DNA of 64,000 nt from an uncultured Candidatus Saccharibacteria bacterium (GTDB taxonomy: Bacteria; Patescibacteriota; Minisyncoccia; Phycocordibacterales; DATDWN01), in NCBI GenBank assembly GCA_964453075.1, contig CAYVNM010000002.1:4279-68278 (forward strand), read 5' to 3'. Shown piece after piece: positions 32,418 through 41,835 of the stretch. The notes beneath the pieces are model-generated. The model made no database searches. It had not been told where the DNA came from and worked only from the letters and a program-made list of their open reading frames with translations. A program made the translations under genes and the position numbers. The first letter of the stretch is position 1. Each line of letters opens with the position of its first letter.

Positions 32418-33002
32418 TTATTTTCTTACGACTAGTTGATTTAATGCTTTAACAGCTGCTTTGGCATTGTTTATTTTGTTTTTACTTCTTGAAAAGATTT
32501 TTGCACTTACTTCTTTTATTCCTGCAAACTCTAATACTGTTCGGACAGATGAGCCAGCCAAAATACCTTTTCCAGGAGCTCTCATTATAACAACTCTTGA
32601 ACTTGAGTACTTAGCACTTACTTCGTGTGGAATAGAGCCACTCTTAGTCATTACTACCTTTATCATGTTCTTCTTTGCATCTCTAACAGCCTTGTCTATA
32701 GCCACTGGAGTATCCCCTGCTTTACCAAGACCAACACCAACTCTTCCTCTCCTATCACCTATCACCACACCGACAGAAAAGCTGAATCTTCGTCCTCCCG
32801 TAACAACTCTTGTTACTCTTCTGATGCTTATTATTTTTTGATCAAACTCAGGTTTAACACGAGCCTCTCTTCTAGGAGGAGCCTTGCGAGAATTTTTTTT
32901 GAATTCTCTCGGAGCTTGATGAGCAAAAGATGCATCTTTAGTAGCAACATCTGTTGTATCTTCTACCACCACATCTTCAATTTTTATTTCTTCTGGTTCC
33001 AT
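32418..33002 (-). CDS. rpsE: Ribosomal protein uS5 (N-terminal extension).
   Basis: ISIRRVTRVVTGGRRFSFSVGVVIGDRRGRVGVGLGKA. Confidence 0.85.
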   Translation of the reverse strand: MEPEEIKIEDVVVEDTTDVATKDASFAHQAPREFKKNSRKAPPRREARVKPEFDQKIISIRRVTRVVTGGRRFSFSVGVVIGDRRGRVGVGLGKAGDTPVAIDKAVRDAKKNMIKVVMTKSGSIPHEVSAKYSSSRVVIMRAPGKGILAGSSVRTVLEFAGIKEVSAKIFSRSKNKINNAKAAVKALNQLVVRK

Positions 33003-33010
33003 AATATTTT

Positions 33011-33361
33011 TTAAAACTTAAGACCTCCTTTACGAGCACCATCTGCGACCGCTTTAACATTACCTGTATAAATAAATCCTCCTCTATCAAAAACTACATT
33101 TGATATTTTCTTTGCTAAGGCTTTTTCTGCAATACTCTCGCCCACAAGCGCAGCTTTTTCCATCATGGTTTTACCCTTAACTTCTCTAGAATGAGCAGAA
33201 GCAATTGTTACTGCTTTTACATCATCTATGAGTTGTACTGAAATGTGCTTATTTGATTTGTAAACAGATAAACGAGGTTTTTCAGATGTACCAGAAATAT
33301 TAGAACGAATCTTGCTGTGTCGTCTTGTTCTTTTTTCTAGTTTTGCGTTTAATTTTTTCAT
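33011..33361 (-). CDS. rplR: Ribosomal protein uL18.
   Basis: PRLSVYKSNKHISVQLIDD. Confidence 0.85.
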   Translation of the reverse strand: MKKLNAKLEKRTRRHSKIRSNISGTSEKPRLSVYKSNKHISVQLIDDVKAVTIASAHSREVKGKTMMEKAALVGESIAEKALAKKISNVVFDRGGFIYTGNVKAVADGARKGGLKF

Positions 33362-33383
33362 AGTATTTTATATTACCCCTCTA

Positions 33384-33917
33384 TTAGGCTGTTTTCTTGC
33401 CTTGTTTTCTCTTAACAACCTCACCCTCATATCTGATTCCCTTTCCTTTGTAAGGTTCTGGTTTCTTTAGTGATCTTACGTTTGCAACAAATTCTCCGAC
33501 CACTTCTTTATCAATACCTGTAACAGTAATTACGTTTTTCTCTGCTGTTACCTTTAGAGTTTTTGGTATTGGAACATTAACTGGATGTGAAAAACCAAGT
33601 GCCAAAACCAAATTTTCTCCTTTAACCTCTGATTTGTAACCAATACCCTCAATCACAAGTTTCTTAACATAAGGAGTGGTAACACCAGAAATCATGTTCA
33701 TAATGTGTGATGCGTATGTTCCCCAAAGTGCTCTGTTTTCTAGAGTATCTTTCTTTGGCACCAAAGTTATACTATCTGAACCTATAGTTATCTCAATATC
33801 TTGTTTGAATTTTTTTGTTAGTGTACCTAGAGATCCTTTAACAGAGAAAACTCCCAGAGAATTTGAAACTTCTGTTCCTTTTGGTATCGCTATTACTTTT
33901 TTTCCGATTCTTGACAT
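33384..33917 (-). CDS. rplF: Ribosomal protein uL6.
   Basis: MSRIGKKVIAIPKG. About 177 aa. Confidence 0.85.
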   Translation of the reverse strand: MSRIGKKVIAIPKGTEVSNSLGVFSVKGSLGTLTKKFKQDIEITIGSDSITLVPKKDTLENRALWGTYASHIMNMISGVTTPYVKKLVIEGIGYKSEVKGENLVLALGFSHPVNVPIPKTLKVTAEKNVITVTGIDKEVVGEFVANVRSLKKPEPYKGKGIRYEGEVVKRKQGKKTA

Positions 33918-33931
33918 GATGTTGTTATAAA

Positions 33932-34318
33932 TTACCAAACCTTAAGTAGAGCTTCTCCACCTGTGTTTGCCTCTTTTGCAGACTTATCTGTCATAACACC
34001 TTTTGGTGTTGATAGTATCAAAGCTCCCATTCCACCTTTTACTTTATTAATACCTTTTGCTTTTTGATAAATTCTTTTTGAAGTTTTTGAAACTCTCTCG
34101 ATTCCGTGTATTTTAGAAACTCCATCTTCATAAACCAAAACAACTTCAATGAATTTTGCGATTTTCTTTCCTTTTTTTCCGAATGACTTTATAAATCCAT
34201 CTTTGAATAGAACATCAGCGATAGCAAGTTTTAGTTTTGAATAAGGAAAAACAACAGATTCTTTTTTTGATTCTGTGGCATTCTTTATTCTAACTATCAT
34301 ATCTGCGATTGGATCCAT
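33932..34318 (-). CDS. rpsH: Ribosomal protein uS8.
   Basis: MDPIADMIVRIKNA. Confidence 0.85.
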   Translation of the reverse strand: MDPIADMIVRIKNATESKKESVVFPYSKLKLAIADVLFKDGFIKSFGKKGKKIAKFIEVVLVYEDGVSKIHGIERVSKTSKRIYQKAKGINKVKGGMGALILSTPKGVMTDKSAKEANTGGEALLKVW

Positions 34319-34368
34319 TTGTTTTTGTATTATATCCGGGCAGTATCTCCCCTATAGTTAGGGTTGAC

Positions 34369-34554
34369 TTACCAAGACGACTTTTTAATTCCGGGAATTT
34401 TCCCTTCATTGGCTAGTTCTCGGAAGCAGATTCGGCAGAGACCAAAGTCTCTCATAAATCCACGTCCTCGTCCACATTTAAAACATCGATTAGTAGCCCG
34501 AGTACTGAATTTCGGTTTTTTTGCTGCTCGTGCTTTTACTGATGTTTTTGCCAT
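34369..34554 (-). CDS. rpsZ: Ribosomal protein uS14, type Z (zinc ribbon).
   Basis: [61 protein letters not shown] with a C4 zinc motif. Confidence 0.85.
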   Translation of the reverse strand: MAKTSVKARAAKKPKFSTRATNRCFKCGRGRGFMRDFGLCRICFRELANEGKIPGIKKSSW

Positions 34555-34731
34555 ATTTAAATAAAAAAGCTCTTTAAAGCTCGGGTTCATACTAGCAATT
34601 AAGCCTTTTAAAGTCAACATGCTGTTTTCATGTACGAAAAACTGGCACACCCCCAAGGGAATGTGCCAGGCGAGAGATTGGTTTCTCTCGAGAACTTGCC
34701 GGGGTTACGCCCGACGCGTGTACTTGTTGGG

Positions 34732-35274
34732 CTAGCCGATTAGCTTATTCAGGACCGCCGCCCAGTCCTTAGACTCAGCCTTCCGACCAGCATCCTGGAA
34801 AAATCGCAGGACGGCACCGTTCGCGAAGCGGAATGAATCACGTATTCTGGATGATTCCTCCAGAATAGACCCTTCCGCATTCTGGTGATGGTGGTTGGAG
34901 AAAACCACCGCCACAAACCTGGTCCCAGCTGCTATTGCCGACAGGGCAAGCTGGTAACCCACCAACTTCTCAGTGCCCCAGTCCGAATTGTGATAAAATC
35001 CATCAAATGGCATCATGCCGTCCGACAACACGACATCCCACGGAACACCAGCACTGAAATCCTCGTAATGCTTGTTGCTCCAGGACGAATAGCTGCCAAT
35101 CGAACGACCTGCCGTGAGATTGGCAACCTTGCGGTTCTCCACCGAATCTCCCCGACTAATGAGCATGTTGCCCATGTCGTAACTTGCAGTGGTGAACACG
35201 TCGTGTGACCCCCCCAATTGGGCGATGGCCCCATCGAGGTTTTCCTGCCGATCGTCAATAACCAAGATCTTCAT
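34732..35274 (-). CDS. GC-rich inserted gene A: divergent CheY-like receiver-domain protein. Unknown function. Lies inside the spc operon between rplE and rpsZ.
   Basis: MKILVIDD...DVVLSDGMMPFDG...RFVAVVFSNHHH receiver-like motifs with long insertions. Extended -10 TGTATAAT, SD AAGGAG-ctacc-ATG. Composition clearly above background. Confidence 0.55.
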   Translation of the reverse strand: MKILVIDDRQENLDGAIAQLGGSHDVFTTASYDMGNMLISRGDSVENRKVANLTAGRSIGSYSSWSNKHYEDFSAGVPWDVVLSDGMMPFDGFYHNSDWGTEKLVGYQLALSAIAAGTRFVAVVFSNHHHQNAEGSILEESSRIRDSFRFANGAVLRFFQDAGRKAESKDWAAVLNKLIG

Positions 35275-35461
35275 GGTAGCTCCTTGGCCCCTAGGGCCGG
35301 AAAAAGTGGTTGTCAAACTGTCCACCTAAAATTATACACCTATTTAATCTCTTTGTCAATTGTTTTTGCCGATACCCACCCTCTAAACAGCAAAATAGCC
35401 CTATATTTAGGGCTATTTTTGCAAAATCCAAGGGGAGTCCTTGGATTTTAGTAATTTTCTG

Positions 35462-36067
35462 TTATTTCTTTATATTCCAGCCTTTCTTTTTTGCCTTTGG
35501 AGCTTCTGTCTTTGCAACTGTTGTCTCTGTACCTGGTTTTTTGAATGGGAAACCTAGATGAGCCAGGAAACTTCTAGTTTGTGCCGCATCATGAACGTTT
35601 GTAACGATAGTTATTGCAATACCAAATATGTCTTTCAAATCCTCGTCTGATGACTCTGGGAAAATGGTATTCTCTCGAACACCTAGAGTGTAGTTACCCA
35701 TTTCATCAACACCTGTTGTTGGTATACCTCTGAAGTCTTTTGTTCTAGGAAGAGCAATGTTTATAAGTCTGTCTAGGAAATCATACATCCTGTCTCCTCT
35801 CAAAGTTACTTGCATGCCAACAGTATCCCCCTCTCGCACCTTGAATGCTGCAACTGATTGCTTTGCTCCCTTTCTAGCTGGTTTTTGTCCTGTGATTTTT
35901 GAAAGTCTATCTGCAATAAGTTCAATTTTCTTTTTGTCTTTTACTGAACCAACACCAGAAGAAACAACCACCTTTAGGATCTTTGGTGCTTGCATAGCAT
36001 TCTTATAACCAAACTCTGATTTCATGGCAGTAAAGGCTTCTTTTGTTTTTTCTTTGATGTTTTTCAT
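35462..36067 (-). CDS. rplE: Ribosomal protein uL5 (Lys-rich C-terminal extension).
   Basis: FGYKNAMQAPKILKVVVSSGVG. Confidence 0.85.
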   Translation of the reverse strand: MKNIKEKTKEAFTAMKSEFGYKNAMQAPKILKVVVSSGVGSVKDKKKIELIADRLSKITGQKPARKGAKQSVAAFKVREGDTVGMQVTLRGDRMYDFLDRLINIALPRTKDFRGIPTTGVDEMGNYTLGVRENTIFPESSDEDLKDIFGIAITIVTNVHDAAQTRSFLAHLGFPFKKPGTETTVAKTEAPKAKKKGWNIKK

Positions 36068-36086
36068 AAATTTATTTCAGTATTCT

Positions 36087-36305
36087 TTATTTTGCTTTCT
36101 TCACATTTGAAACATGAATAGGCATAGTCTTATCAATGATTTGTCCTTTCTCACCGCTCTTTCGTGCTTTTTGGTGCACCTTAAGTACATTAACACCGGA
36201 AACAATGACTTTGTTTTCTTGTGGAATTGATTTGGTCACTGTTCCTGTCTTACCCTTATCTTTTCCTGTAAGCACTATTACTTTGTCGTCTTTTTTGATA
36301 TGCAT
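36087..36305 (-). CDS. rplX: Ribosomal protein uL24.
   Basis: MHIKKDDKVIVLTGKDKGKTG, KOW motif. Confidence 0.85.
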   Translation of the reverse strand: MHIKKDDKVIVLTGKDKGKTGTVTKSIPQENKVIVSGVNVLKVHQKARKSGEKGQIIDKTMPIHVSNVKKAK

Positions 36306-36459
36306 GTTTTTATTTTATATTTTGCTACGTTATCACAAACTTTCAAATTTGGCCAAGGTCGCGTATAAAATTTGAAAAAGAATGGGAGCCTACCTCTGTG
36401 CGTAGGTGACCATTATTCTTCAGATTTTAGACGATGAGATTGGTCATAATTTGGAAGTT

Positions 36460-36831
36460 TTAAACAACCTCTGGGGCGAGAGAGATAATCTTTTGGTAAC
36501 CTACCTCTCCTAGCTCTCGTGGTATCGGTCCGAATATACGCCCAGCAACTGGTTCTAGTTTTTCTTTCATAACAATAACCACTGCGTTCTCATCAAATCT
36601 TATATAAGAACCGTCTTTTCTTCGGAAAGGAGCTCGTTGTCTCACAACTACTGCATATAAAACATCTTTCTTTTTTGTAGTTTTTCTTGGTTCTGCTTTT
36701 TGTACTGAAATAACAACTAGTTCACCGATACTAGCATATCTCTTTTTTGAACTTCCTAACACCTTGAAAACTCGTCCGATCTTTCCTCCGGAGTTGTCAG
36801 CTATTTTTACAATTGATTGTGGTTGGATCAT
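36460..36831 (-). CDS. rplN: Ribosomal protein uL14.
   Basis: MIQPQSIVKIADNSGGK. Confidence 0.9.
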   Translation of the reverse strand: MIQPQSIVKIADNSGGKIGRVFKVLGSSKKRYASIGELVVISVQKAEPRKTTKKKDVLYAVVVRQRAPFRRKDGSYIRFDENAVVIVMKEKLEPVAGRIFGPIPRELGEVGYQKIISLAPEVV

Positions 36832-36849
36832 GGCGGTTTATATATTTGA

Positions 36850-37116
36850 TTAAACTAATTTGAAATTTTTGTCTTTGGAAATCGGCGCACATTCAACAAT
36901 AGTAACTCTGTCACCTACTTTCTTTGTGTTACCTTTGTCGTCTGCTTTGAACTTCTTGTCCCGAGATATGTATTTATCATATTTAGGGTGTTTAACAAAA
37001 CGACTGACTTTAACAACGATAGTGTCTTTCATTTTGTCAGAAGTTACAACACCAACCATGGTCTTGCGACCAGATTTTGTTGTGTTATTTGTTTTTTTAT
37101 CTTTCATGTTTTCCAT
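36850..37116 (-). CDS. rpsQ: Ribosomal protein uS17.
   Basis: GVVTSDKMKDTIVVKV. Confidence 0.85.
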   Translation of the reverse strand: MENMKDKKTNNTTKSGRKTMVGVVTSDKMKDTIVVKVSRFVKHPKYDKYISRDKKFKADDKGNTKKVGDRVTIVECAPISKDKNFKLV

Positions 37117-37127
37117 ATTTGTTTAAA

Positions 37128-37313
37128 TTATTTCTTTTTGTTTAGAAGAGTAAATATTCTTGCAATATCTTTTCTTAGGATATTACCATCCTTAACATTT
37201 CGAACATTACTACCTGCCACAGAAAAACGAAAGTTGCGCAAAGCAAGCTTCTTTTCAGATATAAGCGCTTTTAGTTCAGCTGTATTCTTCTTTAATAAAT
37301 CTTTCATGTTCAT
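37128..37313 (-). CDS. rpmC: Ribosomal protein uL29.
   Basis: 61 aa. Confidence 0.8.
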   Translation of the reverse strand: MNMKDLLKKNTAELKALISEKKLALRNFRFSVAGSNVRNVKDGNILRKDIARIFTLLNKKK

Positions 37314-37315
37314 GT

Positions 37316-37732
37316 TTATTTTGCGATTATTTTGGTCTTAAGAGGAAGTTTCGTTCCGGCCTTTCGCAAAGCCTCTCTTGCTACTGCATCTGTAACACCG
37401 TCCACCTCAAAAATAATTCTGCCTGGTTTAACTGGAGCGCAGTATCCAAAAAGATCACCCTTACCCTTTCCAAGCTTTACTTCAGCTGGTTTTTTTGTAA
37501 GAGGCATATCTGGAAAAATTCTGATCCAAATTTTACCTGTCTTACCCACTGCACGAGACAAAGCTTTTCTGGCAGCTTCAATCTGGTTTGACATTATACG
37601 AGCTCCCTCCTGAGCCTTAATTGCATGAGAACCAAAAGATATAGTTGCTCCGCGAGAAGCCACCCCAACCTTATTGGCGTTCTTTCGCATTGTATGCCAT
37701 TTTCTGTACTTAACTTTTTTAGGTAACAACAT
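37316..37732 (-). CDS. rplP: Ribosomal protein uL16.
   Basis: MLLPKKVKYRKWH. Confidence 0.9.
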   Translation of the reverse strand: MLLPKKVKYRKWHTMRKNANKVGVASRGATISFGSHAIKAQEGARIMSNQIEAARKALSRAVGKTGKIWIRIFPDMPLTKKPAEVKLGKGKGDLFGYCAPVKPGRIIFEVDGVTDAVAREALRKAGTKLPLKTKIIAK

Positions 37733-37741
37733 GGTAGTATT

Positions 37742-38398
37742 TTATTTTTTGAAAATCTCTCCTTTGTATATCCAGACCTTTATACCGATTCCTCCGTACG
37801 GAAGTCTTGCTTCGTATTTTGAAAAATCTACGTCAGCCCTAAATGTCTGAAGTGGAATTCGTCCTCTCTTGATTTTCTCTTGTCGTGCCATTGAAGCACC
37901 ACCAAGTCTTCCTGAAAGTTCAATTTTCACCCCCAAAACATCTCGATTGGCCATAACCTTCTCAACCATTTGTTTTGTAACTCTCCTAAAAGGAAGTCTT
38001 TTTTCCAAACCATCGGCAATCATTTGTGCAACAATAGTTGCGTTTGATTCTGGTGATTTTACTTCTTTAATATCAATCTTTACTTCCCCACCAGAAGAAA
38101 GTTTGTTTTTCTCAATAAATTTCAAAATATCATTTTTTAGTTTAACAGCTCCATCACCTGATCTTCCGATAATCATACCAGGTCTTGATGTTTCTATTAT
38201 GATACGTAGGATTTTTTCCCCTCTTTCCATTTCCACATTGCTTACATACATACCTCTAAGTTTTTTCTCAAGAAAAACTCTTAGCAAAACATCGCTTTTT
38301 AGAAATTCTTTGTATTTATTCTTCACTCCAAACCAGCGAGATTTCCAGTCTCTTACTATACCTAGTCTATGTGAATATGGGTGAACAGTATGTGTCAT
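37742..38398 (-). CDS. rpsC: Ribosomal protein uS3.
   Basis: KH domain and the MTHTVHPYSHRLGIVRDW N-terminus. Confidence 0.9.
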   Translation of the reverse strand: MTHTVHPYSHRLGIVRDWKSRWFGVKNKYKEFLKSDVLLRVFLEKKLRGMYVSNVEMERGEKILRIIIETSRPGMIIGRSGDGAVKLKNDILKFIEKNKLSSGGEVKIDIKEVKSPESNATIVAQMIADGLEKRLPFRRVTKQMVEKVMANRDVLGVKIELSGRLGGASMARQEKIKRGRIPLQTFRADVDFSKYEARLPYGGIGIKVWIYKGEIFKK

Positions 38399-38399
38399 G

Positions 38400-38834
38400 T
38401 TATTTTTTTGATTTTACTGCTTTTTTTGTTGTCTTTGGTTTTTTTGCTGATTCCACTACAACCTCTTCTTTCTCAATTTTTACTTTTTTGTTTTTCTTTT
38501 CTTTTGCTTCTCCAAGTTCTACAAATATTGCGCTTGTTCTCTTTCGTATTGGGTGTGCAGAACCACGAGCAGCAGGAAGTCTTCTGTACATTATTTTCCC
38601 ACTATCTACTTTTATGGTCTTAATAACAAGGTTTTCTGTTGGAATATCTAATGTCTTGGCATTTGCTAATGCTGATTCTATAAGTTTTCTTATTGGAAGA
38701 CTTGCTTTCTTAGCTGTAAATTCAAGATTCACCAAAGCTTCAGCAACTTTTTTACCTCTTACTGCGTTAGCAACCATTCGCATTTTGCGAGGAGCTTGTC
38801 TAAAATTAGATAATGTTGCGTGTGCTGTGGCCAT
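38400..38834 (-). CDS. rplV: Ribosomal protein uL22 (Lys-rich C-terminal extension).
   Basis: SNFRQAPRKMRMVANAVRGKKV. Confidence 0.85.
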   Translation of the reverse strand: MATAHATLSNFRQAPRKMRMVANAVRGKKVAEALVNLEFTAKKASLPIRKLIESALANAKTLDIPTENLVIKTIKVDSGKIMYRRLPAARGSAHPIRKRTSAIFVELGEAKEKKNKKVKIEKEEVVVESAKKPKTTKKAVKSKK

Positions 38835-38840
38835 GATATT

Positions 38841-39182
38841 TTATTTTTTAGCTGCAGGAGCTGCTTTGGCTGCTTGAGCACTAGCAATCTCGCTTTCTTT
38901 TTTCTTTTGCTCCAACTCCTTCTGCATCTTACCTCCGTGTTTAATGAATTTCTTTGTAGGAGAAAACTCACCAAGTCTGTGACCTACCATGTCCTCGTTT
39001 ACTGAAACCTCTATGTGAGTCTTGCCGTTGTGGACACCAAAAATAAAACCTACCATCTCAGGAGAGATCACGCAGGCTCTTGACCATGTTTTAATAACCC
39101 CAGTTTCACTAGATTTTTTACCCTCAATTTTCTTTAGTAATCTTGGGTCAACGTATAGGCCCTTTTTTGATGATCGTGTCAT
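38841..39182 (-). CDS. rpsS: Ribosomal protein uS19 (Ala/Lys-rich C-terminal extension).
   Basis: [32 protein letters not shown]. Confidence 0.85.
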   Translation of the reverse strand: MTRSSKKGLYVDPRLLKKIEGKKSSETGVIKTWSRACVISPEMVGFIFGVHNGKTHIEVSVNEDMVGHRLGEFSPTKKFIKHGGKMQKELEQKKKESEIASAQAAKAAPAAKK

Positions 39183-39374
39183 ATTTTAATTTGTCCAAAA
39201 CAAAAACCACATTGTTAGTGGTACTTGACGCTTCTAATACCGCAAACAAGAATGTATAAAGCTCATAGCCTTATGTGGCGTTTATACTATACAAAACACC
39301 CAATAATGTCAACAGATACGATGAAGGGCGACCACATTGGTCGCCCCCGTTAGATCCAACTATCACTAATTGGA

Positions 39375-39824
39375 CTACCCACCATCTCCACCAGAGTTCG
39401 CAAGCTCTTCCTGCTTCTTCTGGTAGTACTCCCAAGCCTGCTCCACGGAGGCCATGATTGACAAGATGTCTGGTGAGGTACTCACCACCACTGACATCAT
39501 AGAGACATCGATGAGATTCCTTAGAAGTTTATTCTCATCGACTGAATCATTCGCTGAAATACCCAGACCTTCTTCATGTGCATATTTGACCGCTAACCCC
39601 CAGTAGCGATTGTAAACCACCGGCCCCTCTCGTTGAATCCGTGTCACCACACGCCAGAACTTTGTGATAAACTCCGACTTTTTCACTGAACCACTCCTTG
39701 AGAGCTGGCAGAATTGCCGTCTGGCCCCAACTCTACGCTTTTTAGACAAAACGTCAATGTTAACAAAAACACCACTCGAGTGAGTGGTGTTTACAGTTTG
39801 GCGAATTGTATCTTCGAGAAACAT
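39375..39824 (-). CDS. GC-rich inserted gene C (149 aa, unknown function), inside the S10 operon between rplB and rpsS.
   Basis: Long minus ORF in a roughly 690-bp block of atypical composition. No SD. The start codon abuts a 20-bp inverted repeat. Confidence 0.4.
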   Translation of the reverse strand: MFLEDTIRQTVNTTHSSGVFVNIDVLSKKRRVGARRQFCQLSRSGSVKKSEFITKFWRVVTRIQREGPVVYNRYWGLAVKYAHEEGLGISANDSVDENKLLRNLIDVSMMSVVVSTSPDILSIMASVEQAWEYYQKKQEELANSGGDGG

Positions 39825-39957
39825 CCGCAGGCGCTGAGCTTGGTGTTGTCAACGACCCTGAGTGAAACGAGGGGTTCTTGACGACGAAGCGCCGAGGACA
39901 GAACAAGGCTCCCGCTGGAGGAGCCTTGTGTTTTTGAGAAGATACAATTCGCCAAAC
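39796..39957. repeat. 20-bp perfect inverted repeat pair (GTTTGGCGAATTGTATCTTC / GAAGATACAATTCGCCAAAC) flanking a 122-bp segment upstream of gene C.
   Basis: Copy 1 at 39796-39815 overlaps codons 3-9 of gene C. Copy 2 at 39938-39957 ends 5 nt from the rplB stop. The spacer carries gttgacaac (minus strand) and a hairpin plus T-run terminator (plus strand). Confidence 0.7.
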
Positions 39958-39961
39958 AGGA

Positions 39962-40804
39962 TTACTTTCGCTTTCCTACCTTTCGGCGAGAAACAATGAA
40001 TTTATTTGAGTATTTCTTAGGAGTTCTTGATTTCTGTCCTTTTCCTGTTGGTTTACCATAAACAGATATAGCTCTCTTGCGTCCTCGTCCTTGTACACCC
40101 TCACCTCCTCCGTATGGGTGATCAACTGGGTTTTGTGCTGTACCTCTAACTGTAGGACGAATACCAAGCCATCGTGAACGACCAGCTTTACCGAAGTTTA
40201 CTAGTCTTGTTTCGTTGTTTGATACTTCACCTATACTTGCATATGCTGTTTCTTTTATTTTTCTGACCTCAGTTGAAGGCATTTTTACATCTACATAACC
40301 AGCATCCTTTGCAATAACTTCTATATAGTTACCAGCTGAACGAGCGAGCTTTGCTCCTCCAAGAGGCTTTACTTCAACATTGTATACAAATGTTCCTATA
40401 ACTATGTTTTTCAAAGGAAGTCTGTTTCCTGGCTTCTGCTCTACATTCTCTCCGGTAACACAAACATCTCCCACTTTTACAGAACGAGGAAGAAGTACAT
40501 ACCTCTTCTCGCCATCTCTATATTGAGCTAGACCAATAAAACCCGCTCTGTTTGGATCATATTCTACTGTTTTTATAGTATAAGGGATATCTATTTTGTC
40601 ATATTTAAAATCAATCTCTCTCCAAAGTCTCTTGTGTCCACCTCCTTTGTGACGAGTTGTTATTTTACCATGATGATTTCTTCCTACTGGTCTTTTGAAA
40701 CCACGAGTAAGTGATTTTACTGGATCATTTGAAGTAACGACACCACTATAAGAGATGTTTGACATGTGTCGGCGACTTGGAGATGTTGGTTTATACTTTT
40801 TCAT
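39962..40804 (-). CDS. rplB: Ribosomal protein uL2.
   Basis: GRNHHGKITTRHKGGGHKR. Confidence 0.9.
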   Translation of the reverse strand: MKKYKPTSPSRRHMSNISYSGVVTSNDPVKSLTRGFKRPVGRNHHGKITTRHKGGGHKRLWREIDFKYDKIDIPYTIKTVEYDPNRAGFIGLAQYRDGEKRYVLLPRSVKVGDVCVTGENVEQKPGNRLPLKNIVIGTFVYNVEVKPLGGAKLARSAGNYIEVIAKDAGYVDVKMPSTEVRKIKETAYASIGEVSNNETRLVNFGKAGRSRWLGIRPTVRGTAQNPVDHPYGGGEGVQGRGRKRAISVYGKPTGKGQKSRTPKKYSNKFIVSRRKVGKRK

Positions 40805-40806
40805 AA

Positions 40807-41088
40807 TTATATATTTTCTATCTTAGTTCCTTTCTTTAGATAAACATAGGCCTTCTTGTATCCTGATTTTATCCCTCTTTTACCTCTAACAAATACATTT
40901 TTTGCAGGAATTGTGGTTGTAGTTACTTTTAAGGGATCTATCTTGTATTTTTCTACAAAAGCCTTTGTTATTCCTGTTTTTGTTGATTTTGGATCAACTT
41001 CAAAAACATAAACAGACATCTCAGCTGACATTGTAGCCTTTTCTGTTATATGAGGTCGTATTAAAACGTGATTAAGGTCTTTTTTCAT
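40807..41088 (-). CDS. rplW: Ribosomal protein uL23.
   Basis: 93 aa. Position. Confidence 0.8.
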   Translation of the reverse strand: MKKDLNHVLIRPHITEKATMSAEMSVYVFEVDPKSTKTGITKAFVEKYKIDPLKVTTTTIPAKNVFVRGKRGIKSGYKKAYVYLKKGTKIENI

Positions 41089-41089
41089 A

Positions 41090-41818
41090 TTATTTTCCTA
41101 GTTTATCTGTTATTTGTGGTAGACCTTTTTCTGGGTTTGAAATAAGAACATATTTATATTTCATCAAATCAAGAGGGCTAACATTTCTTATCTCATCAAC
41201 CTCTAGATTTCCAAAATTTCTGAAACTCTTTTCTGTTGTTGTATCCTTTGAAGAAAGAGCTATATATACTGAGTTTCTTTTCTTACTTAGCAAGTCATTG
41301 AAACCTCCAACTTTTGAAAGTGAAGACAAAACATTTTTTGCCTCTGCTGTTTTTATAGCCTTCATTGACATATCGTCAACAAACAAAACATGTCCTTTTT
41401 TGAATTTCTCAGAAAGAATCGTGTAAAGAGCTTTTGCCTTCATTTTTTTGTTTACTTTTCTATCAAAATTCTTTTCATTTCTTGGACCATGAGTAACACC
41501 TCCACCAACCCAAATAGGAGAACGTGTAGAACCATGTCTTGCTCTTCCTGTACCCTTTTGTTGCCATGGTTTTTTTCCTCCTCCAGATACATCTCCCCTG
41601 TTTTTTGTGTGAGCTACATTGTTTCGAGCCGAAGATTCCATTGATACAACCACCTGGTGCACCAAATCTGCATTCCATTTCAAACCAAAAACTGATTCTG
41701 GCAGTGAAATTTTTCCTGATTCTTTGCCTTTTTGGTTGTATACTACAGACTCTAAAGCTACAGGAGACTGTGTCTTTTCTTTTGTTTTAATATTCTTTTT
41801 TACTTTTGTCTCTTCCAT
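41090..41818 (-). CDS. rplD: Ribosomal protein uL4.
   Basis: 242 aa. GGGKKPWQQKGTGRAR motif. Confidence 0.85.
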   Translation of the reverse strand: MEETKVKKNIKTKEKTQSPVALESVVYNQKGKESGKISLPESVFGLKWNADLVHQVVVSMESSARNNVAHTKNRGDVSGGGKKPWQQKGTGRARHGSTRSPIWVGGGVTHGPRNEKNFDRKVNKKMKAKALYTILSEKFKKGHVLFVDDMSMKAIKTAEAKNVLSSLSKVGGFNDLLSKKRNSVYIALSSKDTTTEKSFRNFGNLEVDEIRNVSPLDLMKYKYVLISNPEKGLPQITDKLGK

Positions 41819-41835
41819 GTTTTAAAAATTAGAAA

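Noticed and set aside
35290-35330. Apparent reversed promoter (TATAAT upstream of TTGACA on the coding strand) before genes A and B.
   Set aside because: Resolved as an extended -10 (TGTATAAT) promoter with the TTTGACAAC box lying in the 5'UTR. It is not a -35 element. The conserved box is kept as a finding.
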